Below, piece after piece: positions 13,129 through 27,480 of a DNA stretch of 64,000 bases. The notes below the pieces were generated by a model. The model made no database searches and had not been told where the DNA came from. It worked only from the letters and a program-made list of their open reading frames with translations. Origin of the DNA: Bugula neritina (taxonomy: Eukaryota; Animalia; Bryozoa); assembly GCA_964035545.1 (NCBI GenBank), contig OZ037767.1, positions 30,830,628 through 30,894,627 on the forward strand, in the 5' to 3' direction. Position numbers and translations under genes: made by a program. Every line of letters begins with the position of its first letter. Positions within the stretch are counted from its first letter, which is position 1.

Positions 13129-16100
13129 ATGGCTGAAGCAGAACCCAGGGAGATAGAGTGTGGGTTTTGTTTGTTAAAGGAAGGTCTTGAGAACCCAAAG
13201 TCTCTACCCTGTGGTCACATACATTGTTTACTTTGTCTAACTAAAAATGTTGATGTGAATGATCTGATCAGATGTCCTTGGTGCAGGTAAATTATATTAC
13301 ATACTATGCTATTCTTAGACTACAAATATATCTATTTAACTTCATAGTGTGACTCTGATGCATGTTGAGTGCACTTTACATTATATATAGCAATTCCACA
13401 TGAGCTAGCTTTGCCGATCAATATTTTACTCAACTGTTGTACTGTTCTTATCCACTGAGTTTGTATCTTTATATGTTACAGAGAAGTGTTTGATGTGAGT
13501 ATAGAGACTCTGCCTTCTGCTGATGTAGAGGACAACTCCACATCATGCACTGTCTGTACTAAGAAGGAGATGAAGAATATCCCAGCTGTGATATACTGTA
13601 CTGTGTGCAGTAAACTCTTTTGTGGGAAACATAGAGAGGTACTTTAGTGTTGACTCTCTTGTTTGAATAGTTGAAACTGCGTAGAGAATGAAACCAGACA
13701 AAAACACCTGTCTTTCTGACAATCAATATCTCCTGTAGGCCCATGACATCGTTAATGATGACCACCAGCAGTTGACCATATCTGAATACAGAATACAAGC
13801 TAAGAGACTGGAAAGAAGAGTTTGTTCTAAACATACAGACTACCAAATATCTCTGGGATGTAAACTCTGTGCTCAACTGTTTTGTGTGCCGTGTTTATCA
13901 CAGGCCGACTCTTGTGTTGGAGGTAAAATTTTTATATTGTTCCTAATATTATTTATTCACATTTAGTGTGCATGATAATTCGGAAAAGTTTACTATACTC
14001 TATAATGACTACAACATTCTTGTCTGTTGGCTTGAATTAGTTACTAACGTGTACTCACACCTAGTAAATGGGATTTTATACATACAAATTATAGCAAATT
14101 GATAGCAATATTTGTGGTCGTCTAACTGAAAGTCGTCTAACTGAAAGTCTGACACCCAAATCATTGTGGATTCTGTTAGTGTTTTATCCTGTAAAATTAA
14201 CTGTAGTTTAGTAATACATTTCCAGGTTCAGATCATAAAATGCTCAGTCTGGATGACCTCATCAAGAAACTGGTGAATGTAGAAGAACTGCTTACTACAG
14301 AAGACAAAGTATCTTCTCTTTTCAAACAACTTTCTAAAACTATATCTGACTTTGATACTGAAACAGGAGAGTTACTAGACATTCTCCATACACAGCGTGA
14401 TGAACAGGTGTGATTGATATCACATTTTCTAGAATGTGTTTGTTTCCTGTCACACCATGTAAAGGTTTTAATGGTTTACTCGTATGTTTTAGTTGGCTGA
14501 GGTGCGACTAAAGTATGAGAAAGTTGAAGAGGAGTTCTTAGCTAGTAGAAAGACAACTAAAGATGCACTGGATGCATACATGGAGAGAGAAGTTGGAACT
14601 GTTTTGTCTGAACTGAGTAAAAGTAGAATGAAAATAGAAGCTCAACTCAGACAAAACAATCAGGTGTGTAGAGTTGAATTACAAGTAACTTGTGTTGAAT
14701 AATTGAGTCTAAAGAACACAGTATTGTGTAAGTTGTACAACATTACTCAAATTGTTAGAGTTTTTCTTTTTTGCCAGTCTCTAGGTTTTCTTGTTGTTTG
14801 AACTGGTCTTTAAATTATATGATAATTGTATCGCATGATTATCTGAACAGGACAGAGCGGAAATAGGTGAGGCTCGGTGAGGATTACATGATTATCTGCT
14901 GTACATGAAATCAATTTTGTTTTGGTGAATAAATGTAAATTGTTGAATTGATAGGATAGTGTGAAGAACGTGGGAAGTATTTTCAAGATTTTGAGAAACC
15001 TCTTGAGTGAACTCATGTTCCACTAGTGACTAAAGTACAAGTATATTTCATAGTCAGATGCTAAAGGGATAATTTCTGGACTTTTGTTTGTTTTTATATT
15101 ACTAAAAAATGTGGTTTTAAAAAAGAAGCTTAAACAGGTTTATGTTGATATTCATTCTCTCTATTCAAACTGTTCTGATTATTAAAACTTTTAAATCAAA
15201 TTTAGAAGCTGGTTTAGCTGTGTGGCCTTTTTGACTTGCTAAAGTTCTTGGCATGGTTTTATTAACTATCCGTGAGTCAGTGATATTCATTGAGTATTTA
15301 TTAAGTTTTTATTCTGCATCAACCTAAAAAGAATCTGCTTTAATTTCACATTATTTTTGCTAATCTTCATGTAATTATAGTTGATCTCTATTCACAGGTG
15401 GATCTAGTTGAAGGATATGCAGAGATTAAGGATAGAATACAGAGACTTGTATCTGTTGAGATATCTGAACTAGAACTGTGTGATGTCAGGACTCTAGAGG
15501 TCAAAGGTTAGTTAATATAAGCTGACTATTGTATATTCATGTAGTACTGTGTTACTGAATATGTTGTATTTATGTTTACTATTTACATCATAGTATAGCT
15601 CTACTCTCTTATATTAATTACTAGATTTAATTGTATAGGAAAGATAAAACATTACAACTCTTCTGTAGAATCCAATAACCATACATACCAGTTTATCAAC
15701 ATTACTTCTACTTGTCATATGATACAGTGTAGGGATCTTTGTATAAACTCACTCTACTTTTATACTCTTTGAAACCCCATGTTGATCTATCATTATACTT
15801 GCTACTATTATATAATATATTCACTACTATTATATAATATTTTCTGCTACTATATAATATATTCACTACTATTATATAATATATTCACTGCTATTATATA
15901 ATATACTCACTGCTATTATATAATGTACTTCCTACAAACTCACTATATTTCTATATTCTTTATCACTCCATGTTGAACTATAATGTTATCTTTCCTATTA
16001 TATAACATTATCTTCACTACTGTTACATTACATTATATTCTCTGTTGTTTTATAATATATTATTTCCATCACTAACATATAGTACTATCTTCACTATTAT

Positions 16101-17508
16101 TATATAATGTTATATTTTCTGCTATTGTATAGTGTTATATTTCCTACAAATAGTATAATATAATAATTATGTTTAAGTAGTAGATTCAGTACTATTTTAT
16201 AATATATTTGATTTATACTGTTATTTACTTTAGTACATTTATATATACTTTACAGGAGAGAAGAGAGACATAGAAGTAGATATAGTTTCTACAGCAGACG
16301 TATCTATTAGTCTGGATCAAGGAGTGACAACTTCTACTCTTCCTAATTCTCTCAAACTCTTGCAGTCTGTTGATGTTTCTAATGCTTGTTGGTCAGTGTG
16401 TAGATATGAGGGTAACACTTATGTAGGGCTGAGTGGTGGTAGAGTAGACAGAGTAGATGAGAACTATAATGTAACTCAGTCATTTGTTACAGTCAGTGGT
16501 TATGTGTTAGGTCTTACAGCATATAAAGATCAGCTGTACACTTTAGTGCGTGATGAAAGTAATAGTTGGAAGGTAGAAGTGTACGACTTTAGTGGGAATC
16601 AGGTGACCAGCTGGACCCATAGTGGTATTAGTGGGTATAGCAATGCACTTGTTATAGTTGATGATCAGGTTGTAGTCCCTGATAGACAAAGTAAAAGACT
16701 CACAATCTACTCTCTTACTGGGAAGGTAATTAAACACGTGCCCTGCTCTCTACTTAGTAACAGTAATGTAGCTATATGTGCAGCAGACAGACATTGTGTA
16801 GTAGTTTCTGATTGCAATTCCTCTCAAGTATTTAAGTTAGACCTGACAATAGAGAAAGTCATCTGGACATGTAAGGATGTGACTAAGCCACAAGGTGTGA
16901 CGTGTTATAGAAGTAAATATATTCTTGTGACTAACCACAGCAGTAAAACTACTATCTGGATACTGGATGTGAAGACAGGTTAGTTGGTGTTTCTTCTACA
17001 GCATGGGAAGCTCTTGTACACACACTATAGTTGGTTTGCATGTATGCTCTCAGTCTAACCTTTAGATGGAAGCTATTACATGCTATATCATCATATATTG
17101 TTATTACCAATGTATATGGTACCTAGAAAGTATAGAAAACCTTTGCCATATATAATGCAGTATAATATTATAGTCATTACATATAATATTATCATATATA
17201 ATATAGTTTCTTATTAACAGAGTATACAGTAGCTAGAGAGTATAGAATTTCTCTGTCTTATATAATGTAGTATAATCCTGTAGTGGGGTCTTTATTGATA
17301 TGTAATATAATATAATTTGATATTTGAGCAAGTAACATGTTAAGCATAGGATATTGCATCATTTCCTGTTACAGGCACACAGCTGGCTAAGATAGAAGAT
17401 CCAACTGTTAGAGAGAATAGTCATGTATTTGATCTCCATGTGTATAGAGACACTCTGATTGTACCCAGATGTAATGAGAAGAAAGTTCTGTTCTACCAGC
17501 TCAAATGA
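13129..17508 (+). CDS. TRIM-like RING/B-box/B-box/coiled-coil/beta-propeller protein, copy 3 (605 aa); exons 13129-13286, 13482-13638, 13739-13922, 14226-14407, 14493-14663, 15398-15506, 16256-16978, 17375-17508
   Basis: All junctions GT/AG, phases consistent, open frame MAEAEPREIECGFC...VLFYQLK*. Confidence 0.92.
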
Positions 17509-19136
17509 ACAGGTATTATATAATACTGTTTTTTTATAGTCAAAGGGGATCTCTTATTATATTTAATATAATATATTGATAAATATATTTCATGCTGAGG
17601 CTTTAAACCTGTAAATTACTGAATTTACTCCTTGTTTTCATTTGCTCATATAATATTATCCTCTAATCTTTTCACTGCTGTCAATCTTTATCTGAGCAAA
17701 TGAAGGTTTATAATCTTTGACAATATAATTCTATATGATAGTGTGATGTACTTCCTGTTATGTTGATACTCACATCTGATTGGTGTATGTTGTAGGTCAT
17801 GTGGAGATAACCCTTACACTGTGTCAAAATGCTTGCTAGTTCTTGAGTACACCTGAGAATATCTTAGGAGTTGTCTTCTTACTCTTAGAATGTCTCAGTC
17901 AGTACCAACTGTTTATATTGAGTATTGTTTAGTAAGTTGTAGCAATTTCCTAATATTTGTCTTTTACTTATCTCTTTGTTCTTTGATATTGAAAACAATA
18001 TTTTACAATAATAGCCATTATATACTGGTAGTGAAATGATAATTGCATTTTGTTCGGGTAAATACATGTAGGTTTGCATGCAGTTACTGGCTTTATTATA
18101 CATTATTATATCATTTGTAATTTTCTGAACAAAAAATATAATATAATTGTTTTTTTTCCATATTTAACTTTATTGTTTTTTACTTTCAAAAATTCTTTTG
18201 ACAACTGTTCTAGTGATTGAGGTTGCTTGTAAAAAATTTTGGTTGCAGCACCTAACGTTTTATGGAAAGCTTGTGATTGAGATTTCTTCAAATGCAATAT
18301 AAATAATTATTATGTTCCTGTTTGCTTACTTCTTGACGTGCACTAGTTCCACCCTAAATCTAGTTGTAGGCAAAATTATTGAGTTGATTATATGTTGAAC
18401 AATATGATTCTTCAGCAGTTTAAAATTTGATGTTTTCAATTCCTTTTTATTAGTAAGATTTCGAAGCACATATCACTTGAATGCTGCAACTAATGAGAAC
18501 TCATGAATTCACTGACAATTCTCATGTAATTCACGTATCCATATTCATGTGTAATTCACATTGTAGCAGGTATATGCAGTGTACAGCAGGTGTGCACAAT
18601 TAATCAGAAGTGCACTCTAGTAGATGTACATACTGTAGCAAACGTACAGTTTATATCTTACAAATTTTGTGGTTGTGAAAAACTTTAACCACGAGTTTTC
18701 TTTTCACCTGTTACAACATTCCTAAATATTTTTTTAATATACAAATACAGTTTATAAAGAAGACAGGTCTAAAAGGGTGATAGCTAGACTATCAATAAGT
18801 TAGTTGAAATTGGTGATTCGCATCAGTTGTGACTTGTGAACATGAATTAGTAAATGTGAACTTGTTTTGTGTACTACTGCTGTAGCAAGTAAATGCTATT
18901 GACTTTTACTCAACAAACTCTTTTGATCGATACTTTATTTGCAGAATGTACTTATATTCTGCAAATCTATAATTTATATTATAGTATATACGCACACGCA
19001 TCAAACTTATAACCATTTAGAGTTTAGAGAATTCGATATTATTGCAGTGTGTAGGACAAAAACCCAGAGAGTTGTCATTCTTTAGAGACCATAAATCAAT
19101 TTTCGCGACTGCAAGATGCGAAAACGGCATTGATAT

Positions 19137-19191
19137 TTCCGGTGGGAAATCCCCTAATAAAATTCTCAGTTAGAGTTTGGTGGAAAAGTGG
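19137..19191 (+). promoter_or_regulatory. ETS-like + NF-kB-like (GGGAAATCCCC, 19144-19154) sites and non-coding exon 1 donor (19192), copy 4
   Basis: Homologous conserved motif pair. Confidence 0.65.
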
Positions 19192-20699
19192 GTAAGTTGA
19201 ATATTGGCAAATACTAAAAGTTGTTATATCAATCTCGTAATATTTTTGTACCCGAATTAAAAGTTTTTTTTGTGAATAAATTTATATCAATAGATGTGAA
19301 CTCGACATTGGCCTTGGGACTGAGGTTCGCTGCACAATTTCAACAACAACTTCAAGTTGAAGTTGTACTACAGTTATACTTATAGTTATAGGTCTAAGAC
19401 CAAAGTTCAGTTTCATTTTGATTGTAAAATGATCAGTATTAATATTAAATATAATATGATTATTGCTAATTCGTTGTCTTAATACAAACCTCGTTTGTGT
19501 TTTACTGAGATAGTGATTGTCTTCAGGCTGTTATAACTATTTTAAGTAATTTTTGTTATACCTAAAATAATTATCTACTCGCTTGGCTTTGCCTTTATGA
19601 TAATAAATGTAAAGCATCAATATATTACCTTATTTTTGTGTAAGTTTCTGCAGGAGCAGGTATTTTGGGGTTGTGTAGTTTTGAAGTCTGCGTCTCACTT
19701 TTCAGCTGCTCTCTTCTACGGCTATCTCTGTGATTATTCATTGATTGCTAATTCGTTTTCTTAATACTAACGTCGTTTGATTTTTACTTTGATAGTGATT
19801 GTCTACAGGCCTTGGATTCCTATACTATAGTTATACTTATATCTTTCAACAATTCAGTAAATTGACCTAATTTTAAAATTGATAGATGTTGATTTTCAAA
19901 TATACAAGTGATTTTAATTCGACAAGCATTAGCTTAAAAATCAGCATGAAAGCTTGTTTTGTTCTGAGTTTAATATTGACAATTGTAATGGATAGTATTT
20001 GCGCTTCCATGTTTTTGCAGTTTCTTTGCATGAAAAGTACCTAATTATGTGAAATGAAGTGCTCTTCAGTTAATAAAGTTTTCAGCCAGCATGTTGGCGA
20101 TGAATTTTGCCTGCTGCATTGTGCAATTCTTTTTTTAGCCCGATGAATGAGACACGTATGAATTTTACTTAAACAAAGTATAACTTCTTACTTTCTAACT
20201 GATGGTTAAGCATCACAAGCCTAATCCATCTTTGCACATCAAATATTTACATAAACATGTAATAAGTAGACAATTCTATTTCCCTGAAATGAATTGGAAC
20301 AGCAGATAGTGTCTCATACTTTAGTGTCTTAAAAAAGTATGGTTTTTGTGCTATTCAGCTAGAGTTTGAAGCACTAAATATGTTCCTGTTATGTGATACT
20401 ATCCACTCTACTCCTTTTGGAAACAATTTGGCAAGTTTTATATTAGGTTGATTTTATACCCCTTAATCCACAGGTACTCAACATAGAAATAATCTTAATA
20501 TATCTTATTAAGTTCTTTTAGTCTTTTGTTTTCTAAATACTCACTTCACATGAACTAACCATATATTTTCGTGATAACTAAGTGAACTAGTTAATCTAAT
20601 ATATACACATAGTCTTGTAAACATCCTTCAGTTTCTTTTCTGTAAAGATTAATTAGTGCATATTTATTTTAGTTATTCTGACACAGTTATTGAAACAAG

Positions 20700-23595
20700 A
20701 TGGCTGAAGCAGAACCCAGGGAGATAGAATGTGGGTTTTGTTTGTTAAAGGAAGGTCTTGAGAACCCAAAGTCTCTACCATGTGGTCACATACATTGTTT
20801 ACTTTGTCTAACTGGAAATTATGACGCTAATGACCTGATCAGATGTCCCTGGTGCAGGTAAGTTTTATTATAAACTATGTTATTCTCAGACTACAAGTGT
20901 ATCTATTTAACTTCATAGTGTGACTCTAATTCATGTTGAGTGCACTTTCTATTATATTCGGCATTATATATGTTACAGAGAAGTGTTTGATGTGAGTATA
21001 GAGACTCTGCCTTCTGCTGATGTAGAGGACAACTCCACATCATGCACTGTCTGCACTAAGAAGGAGATGAAGAATATCCCAGCAGTGATATACTGTACTG
21101 TGTGCAGTAAACTCTTTTGCAGAAAACATAGAGAGGTAACACGATCTAGATTATGTTGTTGTATATACTAAACTTGTATAAAAACGAAACATTTTCTTAT
21201 CATCAATACTTTTGTAGTCACATGATAACTTGAGTTGTGACCACCAGCAGATGACTATCTCCCAATATCGGATACAAGCTAAGAGACTGGAGAGAAGAGT
21301 TTGTTCTAAACATACAGATTACCAAATATCTATGGGATGTAAACTCTGTGCTCAACTGTTTTGTGTCCAGTGTTTGTCCCCGACTGATTCTTGTGCTGGA
21401 GGTAAATTTGTTGTAAATGTCATGTTTTAAAAATTTTAAAATTATTTGTTCAAAATCACTATCAACATGTATGATAATCTAGCAGGAGAATACTTACTAT
21501 ACTATAAAATAACTAGAATATTCTCGTCTGCTGACTTAAATTTGTTGTTGTTGGTTGGTGATTCATGCCTGGTTAAAGGGATTTATCTCATTTATTATTG
21601 TTTAGATTATTATTCAAAGTATTTTTTCCAGGTTCAGCCCATCTCATGCTCAGTCTGGATGACCTCATCAAGGAGCTGGTGAATGTAGAAGAACTGATTA
21701 CTACAGAAGACAAAGTATATTCTCTCTTCAAACAACTTTCTAAAACTATATCTGACTTTGATACTGAAACAGGAGAGTTACTAGACATTCTCCATACACA
21801 GCGTGATGAACAGGTGTGATTGATATCAAATTTTCTAGAATGTGTTTGTTTCCTGTCACACCGTGTAAAGGTTTTAATGGTTTACTCGTATGTTTTAGTT
21901 GGCTGAGGTGAGACTTAAGTATGAGAAACTTAAAGAGGAGTTCTTAGCTAGTAGAAAGAAAACTAAAGATGCACTGGATGCATACATGGAGAGAGAAGTT
22001 GGAACTGCTTTGTCTGAACTGAGTAAAAGTAGAATGAAGATAGAAGCTCAACTTAGACAAAACAATCAGGTATGTTGAGTTGAGTGTTTCTGGAGAGAAT
22101 ATTTGTTGGTCTAATTGTTGTGTAGTTGATACTGTTTAGAAGCTACTTTGTTATTCTGATAATAATTGACACGTTACACAGGTGGATCTAGTTGAAGGTT
22201 ATGCAGAGATTAAGGATAGAATACAGAGACTTGTATCTGTTGAGATACCTGAACTAGAACTGTGTGATGTCATGACTCTAAAGGTCAAAGGTTAGTTTGT
22301 CTAGTAAACTATGACTATTTTGTATAGCGGGATTATACATAGACTAGATTGTCCTACAGTTTCTCAATCATAACTTCTACACTGTATTATTACACACAAT
22401 ATCATTATTAACTTCACTCTATAACTTATCTTTACAGGAGAGAAGAGAGACATAGAAGTAGACTTAGTTTCTGCAGCAGACGTATTTATCAGTTTGGATC
22501 AAGGAGTGACAACTTCTACTCTTCCTAATTCTCTCAAACTCCTGCAGTCTGTTGATGTTTCTAATCCTTGTTGGCCAGTTTGTAGATATGAGGGTAACAC
22601 TTATGTAGGATTAACTGGTAGAGTAGACAGAGTAGATGAGAACTATAATGTTACTCAGTCATTTGTTACAGTCAATGATTACGTGTGTGGTCTTGCAGCA
22701 TATAAAGATCAGCTGTATAGTTTAGTGCGAGTTGGCAATACTAGTTGGAAGGTAAATGTGTATGACTTTAGTGGGAATCAGGTGACCAGCTGGACCCATA
22801 GTGATAATACTTGGTGTACCAATACTCTTGCTTTAGTTAATGATCAGGTTGTAGTCCCTGATAGGCAAAGTAAAAGACTCACAATCTACTCTCTTACTGG
22901 GGAGGTAATTAAACAAATGCCCTGCTCTCTACTTAGTAACAGTCATGCAGCTATATGTGCAGCAGACAGACACTGTGTAGTAGTTTCTGATTACAATTCC
23001 TCTCAAGTATTTAAGTTAGACCTGACAACAGAGAAAGTCATCTGGACATGTAAGGATTTGACTAAACCAGAGGGCGTGACGTGCTATAGAAGTAAATATA
23101 TTCTTGCGACTGAACCCAGCCGTAGAACTATTATCTGGATACTGGATTTGAAGACAGGTTAGTTGGTGTTTATTCTAGTATATTCTACTACTTTCTGTAA
23201 AAAGTTTGTTCAATACATGAGTTCACATATATTATAGTTGAGTTGCATAATTTCTCTCCCAGTCAAAATGACAAATGGAAAGTATTTTTATAATGGTATA
23301 ACATATAATAGAGTTAGATGCAGTAGCTAGAAAGTATAAAAGCTCTGTCATATATGATCTAGTGTAAAACTGAAGGTTCTTTGTTGGTAATAATTTAACA
23401 GTTTCTGATATTTCGAAACGGTAATATGTTAAAAAAGTCATTACATCATTTTCTGTTACAGGCGCACAGTTGACTAAAATAGAAGATCCAACTGTTAGAG
23501 TGAATAGTCATGTATTTGATCTCTATGTGTATAGAGACACTCTGATTGTACCCAGAAGTGGTGACAGGAAAGTTCTGTTCTACCAGCTGAAATAA
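20700..23595 (+). CDS. TRIM-like copy 4 (604 aa), compact introns; exons 20700-20857, 20979-21135, 21218-21401, 21632-21813, 21899-22069, 22182-22290, 22438-23157, 23462-23595
   Basis: Intact spliced frame with the same exon lengths as the other copies; introns 5 and 6 only 112 and 147 nt. Confidence 0.92.
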
Positions 23596-24634
23596 ACAGG
23601 TATTACATAATATTGTATTTTATAGTAAGACGGGATCTCTTATTTTATTTAATATACCGTATATTGATAAATATATTTCATGTAAATATTTTAAACCTGT
23701 AAATTACAGAATTTACTCCTTGTTTTCATTTGCTCATATAATATTATCCTCTAATCTTTTCACTGCTGTCAATCTTTATCTCAGCAAATGAAGTTTTATA
23801 ATCTTTGGCAATATTATTCCATATGATAGTGTAATGAACTTCCTGTTATGTTGATACTCACATCTGATTGGTGTATGTTGTAGGTCATGTGGAGATAACC
23901 CTTACACTGTGTCAAAATGCTTGCTAGTTCTTGAGTACACCTGAGAATATCTTAGGAGTTGTCTTCTTACTCTTAGAATGTCTCAGTCAGTGCCAACTGT
24001 TTATATTAAATATTGTTTAGTAAATTGTAGCAATTTCCTAATATTTATCTTTTACTTATCTCTTTGTTCTTTGATATTGAAAACAATCTTTTACAATAAT
24101 AATATTATTTACTGATGGTGAAATGATAATTGCATTTTGTTCAGGTAAATAAATGTAGGTTTGCATGCAGTGGCTGGGTTTATTATATAATATTATATCG
24201 TGTGTATTTTGCTAAACAAAAACTTTTAATATTATTCTTTCTTTTCCATATTTCACTTTATTGTTTTTTACTTTAAAGATTCTTTTGAGTTTTGACAATT
24301 ATTGTAGTTATTATGGTTGCTTGTAACGAATTTTATTTGCAGCATTTAACGTTTTATGGAAAGTTTATGATTGAGATTTCTTCAAATGCAATATATATGA
24401 TTATAATTATTTTGTTCCTGCTTCCCTCCTTCTTGATGTGCACTAGTTACACCCTAAATCAAATTGTAAGCAAAATTATTGAATTGATTATATGTTGAGC
24501 AATATGATTCTTTAGTAGTTTGAAAATTGTTGTTTTAAATTCAAATTTATTAGTAATATTTTGAGGCAGAAATCATCTGAATGCTGCAACTAACGAGAAC
24601 TCGTGAATTTACTGACAGTTCATATAATATAACT

Positions 24635-25601
24635 TGAAGAGGAAGCTACAGCTGTTAACAACATATTGTCTATACCTCACATCGAGTCAAAATAAAGAAA
24701 TCGAGGAGGTAACTCCCAAATAGGAAGATATGTGAAATCAAGATCGATATGTAAATGTAGGAGTTGTACTACTATGTGCCATTAAAAGAAAACTTGCCTT
24801 CTCATGATAAAAAGTCAAGAAAAATAAGAACCGCTGCTCGAACAAGTCAGTTGTTGGAGTGGTTTTGAGACTGACAGATATAATTGTTGTTTTTGGCGCT
24901 ATCGCCATCTTTCGGATTTCTAAGATTATTATATTTTGCAATTAGCCCTCAGCCGTTATAATATTATACTTACTAAAGGAAAATTCTACATTTTTTTATT
25001 ACTGTTAGTTTTATCGTTCTGTCTTTTTGTCTGAATCAACTGCGCAGTTAATTTTTGGTGTTACAATAATATATTAATATAGTGAATATTATTCAATTTG
25101 TTCATATTCTATTGTATATTATTATTAACTTCTCTCTTTGTTTGTGATTGCACCAATCGGTGTACAAAACGTAATCAATTCTAGTATTTCAATTGTTAGT
25201 AGAAAGTAAGTCGTATATTTGTCTCAAAGTTATTAAAAAGTAATTCCTGTGTTGATACCCATCTGATCTTAAAATAGTAATAGTTTTAGATAACATAAAA
25301 ATCTGACATTTACATTCGCATAACCACAGCTGAGCAGTAGTAGACCATAATATTTTTAGTCTCACTGAACACTTTCCTTTATCATACTCCGACATAATAG
25401 TTATAGTAGATATTAATATAGAGATTCGAACTATACTACTCAGTTCCACTACCCGATCCAACATCGCGGCTACAAACAAACATCTTAACCTTGGCTTTGC
25501 TTTGCGCTACTCTACATCAGCACGTCATACATTACATCTAAAAGAACATTACAATAATTGAGTGGGCCTAAGTGACAACTATAACAATAATTGACTCTTC
25601 A
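24635..25601. mobile_element. 967-bp solo-LTR-like insertion (TG...CA, 4-bp TSD AACT)
   Basis: AACT|TGAAGAG...CTCTTCA|AACT; the other units show the empty site (GTAACTCACAT). Confidence 0.75.
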
Positions 25602-26111
25602 AACTCACATATCCATATTCATGTATAATCCACATTGTAGCAGTCATATGCAATGTACAGCAAATGTGCACAATTTATCAGAAGTTCACTCTAGTAGATG
25701 TGCATGTTGTAGCAAGCATACAGTTTATATCTTACAAATAACATTTTTTGGCTGTGAAAAACATCAACCACGATTTTTCCTTTCAACTGTTACAACATTC
25801 CTACAGCTGTAGGAAGTAAATGCTATTGACTTTTAATCAACAAACTCTTTTGATACTTTATTTACCGAATGTACTTACATATTAGGCAAATATATATACT
25901 TATATACCGCTACCCGAACTTTGATAGTTGAGAATATATTATATTTATAGTATAGTATATATACGCACAAACGCATCAAACTTATAACCATTTAGATTTT
26001 AGACTAGAGAATTATATATTATTGAATTGTGCGGAACAAAAAGCAAGAGAGTTGTCTTTTGGTGACCATAAGCTGATTTTCTGGGCTGCAAGCTGCGAAA
26101 ACGTCTTTGAT

Positions 26112-26168
26112 ACTTCCGGTCGGGAATCCCCAAATAAAATTCTCAGTTGGAGTTTGGTGGAAAAGTAG
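26112..26168 (+). promoter_or_regulatory. ETS (ACTTCCGGT) + NF-kB-like (GGGAATCCCC, 26122-26131) sites and non-coding exon 1 donor, copy 5
   Basis: Canonical class-I ETS site next to a kB site. Confidence 0.65.
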
Positions 26169-27480
26169 GTAAGTGGGCAAATACTGAAAGATGTTATATC
26201 AATTTGAATTTATGCGTGTACTTTTGATCTTAAAATCTCGTAATAGTTTTGTACCCGAATTGAAGGTTTTTTTGGTGATTAAATTTATATCACTAGATGT
26301 GAGCTCGACATGGGCCTTGGGACCGAGGTTTGCTGCACAATTTCAACTTCAAGTTGTACTACACTCTACAGTTATAAGTCTAAGACCAAAGTTCAGTTTC
26401 ATTTTGATTGTAAAATGATCAATATTAATATTAAATATAATATTAATAATGCTAATTCGTTGTCCTAATACCAACCTTGTTTGTGTTTTACTCTGATAGT
26501 GATTGTCTTCAGGCCTTAGATTCTTATAGATATACTTATAGTTATAGTTATACTTATACTCTTACAGTTATAGTATAACTGTTATAGTTATATTTTTCAA
26601 AAATTCAGTAAATTGACTTAAACTTAAAATTTATAGATGTTTTTACTCAAATATACAAGTGTTTTTTATTTAGATGAGCATTAACGTAATGATTAGCATG
26701 AAAGCTAGTTTTGTTTTGAGTTTAATATTGACAATTGTAATATATAGTATTTGTGCTTCCATATTTTTACAGTTTCTTGGCATAAAACGTACCTAATCTT
26801 GTGGAAAAAAATGCTCTTCAGTTAATAAAGTTTTCGGTCAGCATGTTGGCAAAGAACGTTGCCTGCTGCATTGTGCAACTCTTTTTTTAGTCAGATGAAT
26901 GAGAAACGTATGAATTTTACCTTAACAAAGTATAACTTCTTACTTTCTAACTGATGGTTAATCATCTATCATTAATAATGCATTTCTATCTTTGCACCTC
27001 AAATATTTACATAAACATGTCATAAGTTGAAGATTCTATTCTCCTGAAATGAGTTGGAACAGCAGATAGTGTCTCATACTTTAGTGTCTTAAAGAGTATG
27101 GTTTTTGTTCCATTCAGCTAGAGTTTGAAGCACTAAATTCGTTCCTGTTATGTGATACTATCTACTCTACTCCTTTTGGAATAAATTTGGCAAGTTTTAT
27201 ATTAGGTTGATTTAAACCCCTAAGCCCACAGGTACTCAACATAGAAATAATCTCATATATCTTATAATTAGTTCATTTAGTCTTTTTTGTTTTCTAAATA
27301 CTCACTTCACATGAACTAACCATGTATTTTCGTGATAACTAAGTGAACACAGCTATAGTTATGACTACTAGTTAATCTAATATATACACATAGTCTTGTA
27401 AATATTGTTCAGTTTTTTTTCTATAAAAATTATCTAATGTATATTTATTTTAGGTATTTTGACACATTTATTGAAACAAG

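Noticed and set aside
13129-17508. Assigning a vertebrate symbol such as TRIM2, TRIM3, TRIM56 or TRIM71
   Set aside because: No filamin domain seen and no recognisable orthology; likely a lineage-specific expansion.
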